From: Clostridia bacterium
GTDB lineage: Bacteria > Bacillota > Clostridia > UMGS1810
NCBI GenBank assembly: GCA_045637145.1
Contig: JAZTYV010000027.1
Location: 13,586 to 77,585, forward strand
Length of the DNA: 64,000 nucleotides
Reading direction: 5' to 3'
The notes beneath the pieces were generated by a model. The model did no database searches, was not told where the DNA came from, and worked only from the letters and a program-made list of their open reading frames with translations. The translations under genes and the position numbers were made by a program. Numbering within the stretch: position 1 is the first letter of the stretch; every line of letters begins with the position of its first letter. This document shows positions 37,238 through 46,346 of the stretch, piece by piece.

Positions 37238-37460
37238 CCTCGACTTAAGACTGATTGCTTAGGGGGACATCCGTAGGTCTCCCGGAATAAAATTAATTTC
37301 TACATTATATTATGTAGCGGGAAATATTTTAGTTTCCCAAATTCAAAATTTCATATATCACAGTCGAAAGACTGTAATATAAATAAAATACTTAATATAC
37401 TGATTTGTTAAAAAACCGTAAAATTTCAAAATGTAAAACTTCTTTTAAAGGAGGAACAAA

Positions 37461-38978
37461 ATGAAAACATTTAAAAAATTACTTGCTCTTACACTTATTT
37501 TTGTTCTTGTAGCATCTTGCTTTGCAGGATGTAAAGATGACAAGAAAAAGGTAGGCAAAGGTGAGTATGATGCTTTTATTTATATGAGTCCCAATCCGTA
37601 TAATCCGGAAATGCCCATATGGAAAGAAGCAGAAAGCAAAACAGGAGTTCGTTTAAACGGTGTTGTATCCGAAGTTGCGTCTGATGTTGCATCAAGCTAT
37701 CAGACAATGCTCGCAGGAAGCAAGCTTCCCGAAGTTATAAGATACAACTATACAGAATTGCAGAAGCTTGCCAGAGACGGTGCAGTTGTACCTCTAAATG
37801 ACCTCATTGATGAGTACGCTCCCAACATCAAGGCATTTTTCGAAAAATACGAAGATGCCAAGGCAGTTGCAACTGCAGAAGACGGCAACATATACATTTT
37901 GCCTTCTATGAGTTCTGAGCTGGAAGCAGCACCTTCCATGGGCTTCTTCATCAGACAGGACTGGCTCGATAAACTCGGTCTTGAAGTTCCCACAAATGTT
38001 GAAGAATTTGAGGAAGTTTTAAGAGCATTCAAAAACGAGGACCCCAACGGCAACGGCAAGAAGGATGAAATCCCTTACTTTGGACGAAGCGGAACCCTTG
38101 AACAGCTCCTCCAGCTCTTTAACGCAAACATGTATCTCATCATGGATGGCGACAAGGTAGTATATTCTCCTACAACAAAGGATTTCAAAAAGGGTATCAA
38201 GACAGTTGCCCGTTGGTATCAGGAAGGTCTCATCGACCCCGAAATCTTTACAAGACAGAATGCCAGAGAGCAGCTTCTTGGCGGAAATACGGGCGGTGTT
38301 ACCTGTGACTGGTTCTCATCCACAGGTGCATTCAACGATACCTACAAGGAAAGCATTCCAGGCTTCAACTTTGTGCCTATGCTTCCTCCCAAAAATACAA
38401 AAGGCAAGGTGCAGTCTTTAGAAAGTGCATATACCATCAATACAGATGCATGGTGCATCACTGCATCTGCAGACGAAGAAGCACAGATAGAGCTCATCAA
38501 GTACTTTGATTTCTGGTACAGTGAAGAGGGTCAGGAGCTTGCCGCTTACGGTGTCGAAGGCGAAAGCTACGAAATAGACAAAAACGGCAACAAGAAGTGG
38601 ACAAAGAAAGCTCTTGAATATCCGGGCGGTCAGCCTGAATTCATGCGTTCAATCGGCGGCGGCGAGCTTCCCACAATCGGCAGCAGCGAAGCCCTCAAGA
38701 GCGCAATGCACAAGGTTTCTCTCAAAGGTTATGAAATGTACGAGTCAATCGTAGTAAAGCGTCCTCCCAAGTTCGCTCATACCGATAAAGAAAATGAAAT
38801 CATTGCTGCAAAATTCTCCAATGTTCAGACAGCATTGGAGGAGCAAGTTCAAAAATGGCTTATAGGCAGAGGCGATGTAGATAAGGACTGGGATTCCTAT
38901 GTTGAAACCTTAAACAGCATGGGTGCAAAGGAACTCACAAAAATTTACAACGCTGCCTATAAAAGAATGTATAAATAA
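37461..38978 (+). CDS. Extracellular solute-binding lipoprotein (LplA-like, large family-1 SBP)
   Basis: It has a lipoprotein signal (LIFVLVASCFAGC). At 505 aa it matches the size of SBPs paired with LplB/LplC-type permeases. A strong SD (AAAGGAGGA) precedes it. Confidence 0.88.
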   Translation: MKTFKKLLALTLIFVLVASCFAGCKDDKKKVGKGEYDAFIYMSPNPYNPEMPIWKEAESKTGVRLNGVVSEVASDVASSYQTMLAGSKLPEVIRYNYTELQKLARDGAVVPLNDLIDEYAPNIKAFFEKYEDAKAVATAEDGNIYILPSMSSELEAAPSMGFFIRQDWLDKLGLEVPTNVEEFEEVLRAFKNEDPNGNGKKDEIPYFGRSGTLEQLLQLFNANMYLIMDGDKVVYSPTTKDFKKGIKTVARWYQEGLIDPEIFTRQNAREQLLGGNTGGVTCDWFSSTGAFNDTYKESIPGFNFVPMLPPKNTKGKVQSLESAYTINTDAWCITASADEEAQIELIKYFDFWYSEEGQELAAYGVEGESYEIDKNGNKKWTKKALEYPGGQPEFMRSIGGGELPTIGSSEALKSAMHKVSLKGYEMYESIVVKRPPKFAHTDKENEIIAAKFSNVQTALEEQVQKWLIGRGDVDKDWDSYVETLNSMGAKELTKIYNAAYKRMYK

Positions 38979-38995
38979 TTAAGAGGTGAAACTAA

Positions 38996-40606
38996 ATGAA
39001 ATTAAACAAAGTAATTTCGCTTGCACTTGTATTTGCTATGCTCATCTCTGCTATGTGCTTTACAACAGCAAGCGCAGATGACATTTATACTGTGAGTGAT
39101 ATCACTATTTCTAGTCGTGGATATTGTACAGTTTCTGCCTTGTCAGCAAAACCTGGTGCATATCATGTGGCTTATAGAAGTGGCGATGGTAAACTTGCAG
39201 GTGTTAGATTTGGTACAGAAAACATACAGCTTGATGCAAATTGTAAAGCAAATACAATTTTAAGATATTCTATGGATGTTGAGTTTCTTCATGGAATAAA
39301 CAATACACAAATTCACGCTGTAACTACAGGCGGTACTTTTGCCAGTGAAACAGGAGCTAGTTTAACTGATGGAGCAAAGGGTCAGATAGATGTTGTTCTA
39401 GACCTCAGTGGTGGGTCATTTTGGGCAAATTTCCATGATGACGCCACTAACACAGACACAGTAATCAGACACAAAGGTTATAGTGGCTTAATTAGCAGTA
39501 TTACAAAGGACCCGGCCCCTGTACTTACAGCTGTTGAACTTCAGATGGGTTCTACAGGGTTAAGCACAGCCGATATCCCTCTTTATGAATTAAGCAATGT
39601 TAAAAGATATCAATATGCTGCCGGCGTAACTTTAGCCGACGTTCGGGCACATATAGCAGATGAAAATTTCTTTAATAGGCCTGTTTCTGGCAACCTCAAC
39701 GCTATGGCTAGATACAACAACCACACTGTAACAGGTTCAAATGGTAGCTATGTATCTACCGGTTCCTTTGCTGCATATGATGTTATGAGCAATGCTCCCG
39801 GTCAGGCAATTTTCCTTAACCTTCCTTCAAATGTAGATTTCAACAGTGATAATAAGTATCTTGTGTACAAGTGCTCGTTTAGCTTAAATGATGAATGTGC
39901 AGATAGTATTGAATTAGGTTTAACTTACTCTACAGCAAACAATACGGAAGACCCGGCTAAAAATAATGGCGGCCCCTCAGTTGCAAATCTTGCTACAAAT
40001 GCAATTACAATGCGTAGCGGACACACCTATGACCTCAATGTAATATTTGACTTAGTTAACAAGACATATAACACATACTTAGATGGTCAGCTTATTGGTA
40101 GCGGTGCTGTTAACTCATCTGTTACAACAATGAGAACAATCCGTTTGTGGTACACACACAGAAATCCTTCAGGTGCTAGCTACAACATGCCCTACACAGC
40201 AACATACAAGATTTATCCCGGTACTTCAACATTTACTTTATCTGATGTTGTTGCTGCAGAAGTAGGTCAGGTTGTTACTGGACCTGTTATTTCCGAACTC
40301 TACTGGAACGGTGGCGTTAACGAAGGCGACGAAGAGTACCTCAATTTGGTTACTTATGAGCCAATCCCCGAAGGATACAAGCTCTTCATTGCTGTATACG
40401 ATGAAGCTGATACCGAAGGTAGCGAAACCTTAATCACTGCATTTCCTATCGATAGCACAACCGAGTACACAAACCACAATAATGGTACAACAAAGTACAC
40501 TGCTGCTATTCCCGGTGTTAAGGTTCCCAACGTTAAGTTCTTTATTTGGGATGCAAACTACAATCCTTTAGACGCTGCTCGTACAGTTCGTTATTTCCAC
40601 AAATAA
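38996..40606 (+). CDS. Secreted protein built from the same non-catalytic modules as the C-terminus of the next gene (LamG/jelly-roll-like, inferred)
   Basis: The signal peptide is MKLNKVISLALVFAMLISAMCFTTASA. Three modules align by eye with lyase-1 C-terminal modules: LYELSNVKRYQYAAGVTLADVRAHIADE vs LFEVSNIKQYIYSYGTELATVQGHLASE; HTYDLNVIFDLVNKTYNTYLDGQLIG vs VEYDLKIIVDIGDKTAYSYVDNCLVN; VKFFIWDANYNPL vs VRIFVWDNQISPI. Confidence 0.55.
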   Translation: MKLNKVISLALVFAMLISAMCFTTASADDIYTVSDITISSRGYCTVSALSAKPGAYHVAYRSGDGKLAGVRFGTENIQLDANCKANTILRYSMDVEFLHGINNTQIHAVTTGGTFASETGASLTDGAKGQIDVVLDLSGGSFWANFHDDATNTDTVIRHKGYSGLISSITKDPAPVLTAVELQMGSTGLSTADIPLYELSNVKRYQYAAGVTLADVRAHIADENFFNRPVSGNLNAMARYNNHTVTGSNGSYVSTGSFAAYDVMSNAPGQAIFLNLPSNVDFNSDNKYLVYKCSFSLNDECADSIELGLTYSTANNTEDPAKNNGGPSVANLATNAITMRSGHTYDLNVIFDLVNKTYNTYLDGQLIGSGAVNSSVTTMRTIRLWYTHRNPSGASYNMPYTATYKIYPGTSTFTLSDVVAAEVGQVVTGPVISELYWNGGVNEGDEEYLNLVTYEPIPEGYKLFIAVYDEADTEGSETLITAFPIDSTTEYTNHNNGTTKYTAAIPGVKVPNVKFFIWDANYNPLDAARTVRYFHK

Positions 40607-40632
40607 TATTAATTTAAATGGTTTTTCCCCAA

Positions 40633-40662
40633 GGGTAATGCAATGGTTTCATTGCATTACCC
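40633..40662 (+). terminator. 12-bp perfect stem-loop after the 536-aa gene (no U-tract)
   Basis: GGGTAATGCAAT (40633-40644), loop GGTTTC, then ATTGCATTACCC (40651-40662). Confidence 0.4.
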
Positions 40663-40876
40663 CGACTGGGGTAATCCTACGAGTTTAACTCATAGACTTT
40701 TGATTAAATTTTTGTTTGTGTTTTTGGTTTGTTGCAAAAAGCTGCAACAAGTCAAAACCATGTGCAAAACACAAAGATTTACCATTGGGTGCAGCTTGCA
40801 AGTAAGGCTTCATCATAAACTGCACACAAAAGATATTGTTTTCAATACATTTTTTACTACACAGGAGCGTGGTTCA

Positions 40877-43800
40877 ATGAAAAAGAAAAGCACATTATTA
40901 CTGGCAGTATTTTTGTTTGTTTTTGCCGTATCCGTTGTCTACCTTGCAGATTGTCCTGCATTGGCAGCCGTTCCCGAGCTTTCGCAAAAGGGCGCTGTTA
41001 TAGAAGCTGAAAGCATGACCTATAGCAGCAATATGACAAAAGCATTTAGCACTTCCGCATCCGGTTGGTATAACCTCAAGGTAAACAACGGACTTAGCGA
41101 CATCAATACTCCTCCTGCATCTACCACCTCAGGAGATATAGAATACGAGTTCAAAGCCACCGAGGATTGCCTCTACATCATATGGGTTAGGGCATATGCA
41201 TCGGGTGCCAGCTCTGACTCCTGCTATGTTGCCATAGACAACTACACCCCCTATGTATCGCAGGCAATTACTACTCACGGAGAGTATATGTGGAAGCGTC
41301 TTGAAGTCAGCATAGAAGCCAAGGCGGGTGAGACCTACAAGTTTAAGTTCCACCGCAGAGAAGGCTCACTTCAGGTAGACCAGTTCATCATTACAGGTAT
41401 CATTGGCTACGAGCCGTCAGGAAACTCCAAGGTGTCGAGTCTTCCCGATACAAACGATATTGCGCTTCCCGATATATACAACGACCCCGCGTACAATCCT
41501 CCTGCAGATGAACACCCCAGAGTTTATTTTACAGATGACGACATCGCAGAGCTTATAGTAAACCTCAACCATTCGTCAAATGCTCCCTTCAAGGAAATTT
41601 TTGACTCCTATGTGGAAGAAACCAATGTAGACATAGGCGCTGAGTATAACTTGACAGCTCTCGACAAAATAGAATGTAAGGCGTACTACTACGCACTCTA
41701 CAAAGACGAAACCGTGGGCAGACAGGCAATAGACCTTGCTCTTCAAACCATGACAGACTGGCCGTTTTTAAGCTATGGTGAACTAAACACCCGTTTAAAC
41801 GGCATGCTCATATCTACATGGTCCGAGGTCTATGACTGGTGCTACGACCTCCTCACCGAATCCGAAAAACAACAGTTCATAAAACGCTCCATGACCAGTG
41901 CATCGGTTATGGAAAACGGCTGGCCCCCCTCCAAGCAGGAGGCAATTACAGGCCATGGAGCCGAAGCCCAGCTTTTAAGAGTCATCATGTCTTTTGCCAT
42001 TGCTGTCTATGACGAAAGACCGGACATATGGCAGTATGTAGGTGGAAGATTCTACGATGAGTTTGTTCCTCCGAGACTCTTCTTCTACAAGGCAGGCATG
42101 CACATTCAGGGCACAAGCTACGGTGTGTACAGAAACATATGGGATCTCCACGCATACAAGCTTATCACAGGCATGGGTGTTCCCGAGCCGTATCCTGCAG
42201 AGGAAGTTGCGGGTATGGATGCAAGCCGTCTCATATACCTAAGAAGACCGGACGGCAACCTCACCTTAGACGGCGACACACCAAGTTTGTATACAGTTCC
42301 CATGACCTACGGTTATGCGGCACAGGCTGCCGTGCTTTTGGCTTCATCTGTAGGCAACGACCCTTACCTTAAGGATGAGTATGTAAGGGCAACCTTTACC
42401 GCAGACAAAGACGGTTTAACCAGAAAACGCGGAGAAGGTGACGAATCAACTATAGTAAATCACCTTATGTTCTCCGACCCTGACCTTGAAAGACAGTCCA
42501 TAGCCAACCTCCCGCTGTCCAAATACTTTGGAAGCCCCATGGGTGTTATGGCGGCAAGAACCGGCTGGGGAGACGGTGTTCAGTCGAATGCTGTCGTTGC
42601 CGAGATGAAGATAGGTGAGTACTATGTAGGCGGACATCAGATGCCCGCTGCAGGACACTTTTCAATCTACTACAAGGGTCCTCTTACCAATCAGGGCGGT
42701 GTGTACGACATCTTCAACTCACCTGCATTCAATCATTACAATCACAAAACCACAGCAAGCAACTGCATACTGGTCTACGACCCCAACGAACCCGCAGAAA
42801 ACTTTATGTGGGGCGAAAATGACGGCGGACAGAAGCTCGACCCTGTAAGCTTAAATGCTGCAAATGGTGGAACCTGGACCCCCGATGAAGAATACCACAG
42901 GGCAGAGGTACAAGGTCACGAAATCGATCCTGCAGACCCTATTGCTCCAGACTATACATATCTAAAAGGTGATATTGCCAAATACTACAGTGACAAAATT
43001 ACAGACTACAAACGCTCCATGATGTTCTTAAATCTCAAGGACTCTGCCGTTCCTGCGGCTATGGTAGTGTTTGACAAATTGTCTGTCAAAGACCCCTCCT
43101 TTAAGAAAACATGGGTACTTCACGGACAGACATCTCCCGTCATAGACGGTGCAAGAACAGTGTGGGGAAGCAGCCCCTATGTCAATTCTCTCGGCGAACG
43201 CTATACCGGCAAGATGGTACACGACATCGTTCTTCCTGACCAGAGCAAGCTTACAAAAACTGTTGTAGGCGGTGAAGAAGAGGGCTGGAACATCATAAAC
43301 GGTGTTAATGTCCCCGGTAACACCCAAAACGGCAAAGACAGAGAGGAAAACACATACAGACTTGAGCTTTCGCCCACAGAAAACAACTCCACCGAGCTTT
43401 TCTTAAATGTAATTCAGGTTACAGATGAGTCCAATGAGGCTTATCTCAATGTAACCAAGGTAGAAAACGACAAGTTCGTAGGCGTACAGCTTGCAGACAG
43501 AGTTGTACTTTTTGCAAAGAGCGGAAACAGAGAGTCCTCGGGCATCGAGTTTACCACCACAGGTACAGGCACACTCAAGTACACCGTGTGCGATGTACAA
43601 AGCGGTACATACTCCGTTACAGCAGCAGGGCAGACTCTTACTGCTGTTGTTACCGAAGAGGGCGGAGTTCTCTCGTTCGAAGCTCCAGCAGGCTCGGTAA
43701 GTGCAGTACGCACTTCATCTCAGGTTCCCGAAACCGAAGTTCAGCCTGTAGAACTTGGAGACAAAGTATCATACTATGTCAAGGTAAATAATCAGCTTGT

Positions 43801-46156
43801 CAATATGCCTGTTGACGCAGAGCTTGCAGACGGCACACTTATGTTTCCCGTTAAAAACCTTGCAGTTAAGATGGGTCTTAACGAGAACACCGAATTCGAA
43901 AGAACAATATACTCTCACGCTTCACAAAAGATAGAAGTGCAGATTACACCTTCCTCCAATATAATCATAGTTGACGGCAAAGAAGTTGCAATGCAAAAGC
44001 CTGCATATGTAAAAGACGGCTATCTCATGGTAGACATCAAAACCTTTGCCGAGGCCTTCAACTTTGTATATCATTGGGATGACTGGTCCGAGACAGCATA
44101 TCTCGTATCCAACCCAAAGCCCGCAAAGGAAGAGCTTGTATATACTGTAAATACTCCTGTTATAACAAATCAGATTTCCAGTATGACAATAGAGGAAAAT
44201 GCAGATAGACCGGGCACCTACAGTGTGTACCACCTTGGAAGCAATCCCGCAATGTACACAGCTTTTGCTCTTGTAGGCGACCCTGTACAGCTCGATTTCA
44301 AGGGAACAGATGCAAAATATCCGTTCTCACGAAAGACAATAGTGCGCTACTCTGCCGAAATAGAGTCTTTTGTGGATTCCACAGTGTTCTATCTGTACAC
44401 CGATTTCTCAGACGGAAACACTGCATGGCGTAATGCAGAAACACAAAAACCTGCCAAAAATCAGAAAATCAAGCTGGATGTTGTGGTAGACTTAAGCAAT
44501 CTGTATGTTCGCTATTACATAGACAATGTATTGATAAAAGCCATGCCCTTTACTGCGGCAACAGACATTACCTCGCTTAGCTTAAACGGTATCCGCGTAC
44601 AGCTTGGCGATGCCAACACCACCACATCGGGTACAAAGCTTTTTGAAGTAAGCAACATAAAGCAGTACATATACTCCTACGGCACAGAGCTTGCCACGGT
44701 TCAGGGGCACCTTGCTTCCGAGCCTACCGTTACTTCTCTTACACCCGTAGCACAGGATTCAAGCAGATGGACAATTTCAAGTGCAGGAAACGGTGTGTGG
44801 AATGTTACAGCAAAGCGCACAGGCTACACCAACGGAGGTTTCTATATTCCGTTTGATGTAAATATGACAGACGGTGTAACATCAGGCTTCTATCGTGTAT
44901 CTGCAACCATTACACCGAAAACCAGTCTCTACGATACTTCAAATGCAGTGTTCAATGCACTCTATACCGTTGATGGCACAAATGCATGGCAGTACTATTT
45001 CAATTCCAACATTCACTCGGGCAGACCAAACTATCTCACCAAATATGCCCCTGTTAAGTTTGACATGTTTGTAGACAAGAGCAACAATATGGTGTACTAC
45101 TACTTAAACGGTCGCCAGGTTGCATCCAACACATATAATGCACAGGCGCAAGGTTCTGAGGTTATATTAAAGAACATGGGCATATATGTTGTGGCATATG
45201 GCATAGAAGCAGGTGATTTGGCTTTCCAGATGAGCAATGTCAAAAAGTATACCTACTCTGCATTGGCAACCAGGCAGAGTGTAATAAATGACATTCTCTC
45301 TGAAACTCAGGGTGTTTCCAAGGCAAGCCTTACCTATACAAAACGAAGCGACCATGTTACATTTACAACTACCGCAGGTGAGGGATTAAAGGTTGTTTCC
45401 GCAGACGGAAACGCCACATTCAACTTCTGGATGAACCTTCCTGAAAGCATAAACTTTGCCTCATCCGATTACAAGTATCTGGTACTGCAAAACACCTTAA
45501 AGCACAATGTACCTGCATCTTCATTAGAGCTTGTTACACAGCTTGGCAAGGATGCCACAGATACCAGAGTCGGCGGTTCCAACATTGCAATGCATCAGGG
45601 CGTTGAGTACGATTTAAAGATTATTGTAGACATCGGAGACAAAACAGCCTACTCATATGTAGACAATTGCCTTGTAAACACAATAGATTTGTCAGGCTTT
45701 ACCGAGCTTAGAAGAATGCTTATCTACCTCGATGAGAGAACAGGTGACGGCATTTCGGCAGGCGAAGTAGATATGACGCTTTTCGATTACAATGCAGTGT
45801 ACTATCCTTTGGATTACACAGGCGGCATAGACGATGTAATTGCCCTGGAAATCGGCACCGACATCGAAGATTTCTATGTAAAGCGTGCTTACTACAAATA
45901 CAACAACGGCTCCCAAAGGTATGATGCATATTTCAATACAAGCATCAACATACCCGAGGACTACAGCGTGTATTTGGTTTCATATACAGTAGATGTTAAC
46001 GGTACGGAAACTTTGATTAATTCCACCCAGCTTAGTGGAGGAAAAGACTTTTCCGTACAACTTCCAAGAGAGTTTGACAGAGTAAGAATATTTGTGTGGG
46101 ACAATCAGATTTCGCCCATAAGCAAATCCTTTGACCTTGCACAATTTGCAAACTGA
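40877..46156 (+). CDS. Giant secreted multi-module protein with heparinase II/III-type (putative polysaccharide lyase) core
   Basis: The ATG at 40877 lies 8 nt after ACAGGAG and gives the signal peptide MKKKSTLLLAVFLFVFAVSVVYLADCPALAA. Approximate module order is as follows.
- A CBM-like beta-sandwich (40990-41398).
- An alpha-toroid plus heparinase II/III-like region (~41490-43520; PADEHPRVYFT, GHGAEAQ, GGHQMPAAGHFSIYYKGPLTNQ).
- A copper-amine-oxidase-N-like module (~43740-44110; DGTLMFPVKNLAVKMGL, DGYLMVDIKTFAEAFNF).
- Three LamG-like modules and a roughly 100-aa terminal module. Confidence 0.7.
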   Translation: MKKKSTLLLAVFLFVFAVSVVYLADCPALAAVPELSQKGAVIEAESMTYSSNMTKAFSTSASGWYNLKVNNGLSDINTPPASTTSGDIEYEFKATEDCLYIIWVRAYASGASSDSCYVAIDNYTPYVSQAITTHGEYMWKRLEVSIEAKAGETYKFKFHRREGSLQVDQFIITGIIGYEPSGNSKVSSLPDTNDIALPDIYNDPAYNPPADEHPRVYFTDDDIAELIVNLNHSSNAPFKEIFDSYVEETNVDIGAEYNLTALDKIECKAYYYALYKDETVGRQAIDLALQTMTDWPFLSYGELNTRLNGMLISTWSEVYDWCYDLLTESEKQQFIKRSMTSASVMENGWPPSKQEAITGHGAEAQLLRVIMSFAIAVYDERPDIWQYVGGRFYDEFVPPRLFFYKAGMHIQGTSYGVYRNIWDLHAYKLITGMGVPEPYPAEEVAGMDASRLIYLRRPDGNLTLDGDTPSLYTVPMTYGYAAQAAVLLASSVGNDPYLKDEYVRATFTADKDGLTRKRGEGDESTIVNHLMFSDPDLERQSIANLPLSKYFGSPMGVMAARTGWGDGVQSNAVVAEMKIGEYYVGGHQMPAAGHFSIYYKGPLTNQGGVYDIFNSPAFNHYNHKTTASNCILVYDPNEPAENFMWGENDGGQKLDPVSLNAANGGTWTPDEEYHRAEVQGHEIDPADPIAPDYTYLKGDIAKYYSDKITDYKRSMMFLNLKDSAVPAAMVVFDKLSVKDPSFKKTWVLHGQTSPVIDGARTVWGSSPYVNSLGERYTGKMVHDIVLPDQSKLTKTVVGGEEEGWNIINGVNVPGNTQNGKDREENTYRLELSPTENNSTELFLNVIQVTDESNEAYLNVTKVENDKFVGVQLADRVVLFAKSGNRESSGIEFTTTGTGTLKYTVCDVQSGTYSVTAAGQTLTAVVTEEGGVLSFEAPAGSVSAVRTSSQVPETEVQPVELGDKVSYYVKVNNQLVNMPVDAELADGTLMFPVKNLAVKMGLNENTEFERTIYSHASQKIEVQITPSSNIIIVDGKEVAMQKPAYVKDGYLMVDIKTFAEAFNFVYHWDDWSETAYLVSNPKPAKEELVYTVNTPVITNQISSMTIEENADRPGTYSVYHLGSNPAMYTAFALVGDPVQLDFKGTDAKYPFSRKTIVRYSAEIESFVDSTVFYLYTDFSDGNTAWRNAETQKPAKNQKIKLDVVVDLSNLYVRYYIDNVLIKAMPFTAATDITSLSLNGIRVQLGDANTTTSGTKLFEVSNIKQYIYSYGTELATVQGHLASEPTVTSLTPVAQDSSRWTISSAGNGVWNVTAKRTGYTNGGFYIPFDVNMTDGVTSGFYRVSATITPKTSLYDTSNAVFNALYTVDGTNAWQYYFNSNIHSGRPNYLTKYAPVKFDMFVDKSNNMVYYYLNGRQVASNTYNAQAQGSEVILKNMGIYVVAYGIEAGDLAFQMSNVKKYTYSALATRQSVINDILSETQGVSKASLTYTKRSDHVTFTTTAGEGLKVVSADGNATFNFWMNLPESINFASSDYKYLVLQNTLKHNVPASSLELVTQLGKDATDTRVGGSNIAMHQGVEYDLKIIVDIGDKTAYSYVDNCLVNTIDLSGFTELRRMLIYLDERTGDGISAGEVDMTLFDYNAVYYPLDYTGGIDDVIALEIGTDIEDFYVKRAYYKYNNGSQRYDAYFNTSINIPEDYSVYLVSYTVDVNGTETLINSTQLSGGKDFSVQLPREFDRVRIFVWDNQISPISKSFDLAQFAN

Positions 46157-46346
46157 CACAATTGTTATTCTTAGGCACACAGGGGAGATGTGCTCGCCTT
46201 GTGCTTAGAGATATTTGTAATAGATTACTGTAATGCAAATTTCTCTTAAATACCCTTTGAAATCTTTATATTTCTACATGGATATAGAGCTTAAATAAAA
46301 AACCAACACACATTGGACAAAACAAATTTAGTATGGGAGTGATACA

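Noticed and set aside
37200-37283. An ANTAR-type dual-hairpin antiterminator target for the first two stem-loops of the intercistronic region.
   Set aside because: As I recall it, the ANTAR motif needs two hexaloops with conserved A at position 1 and G at position 4. The loops here are CCGTAT and ATCCGTAG. No ANTAR-domain regulator gene is present in the window.
40643-40876. A 78-aa N-terminal extension of the first giant lyase ORF, as given in the ORF track (start at 40643).
   Set aside because: The upstream ATG lies inside a 12-bp stem-loop and has no SD. The extension (MVSLHYPDWGNPTSL...) is not a signal peptide. The ATG at 40877 has an SD (ACAGGAG) and yields a textbook signal peptide. 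The open frame upstream looks coincidental.
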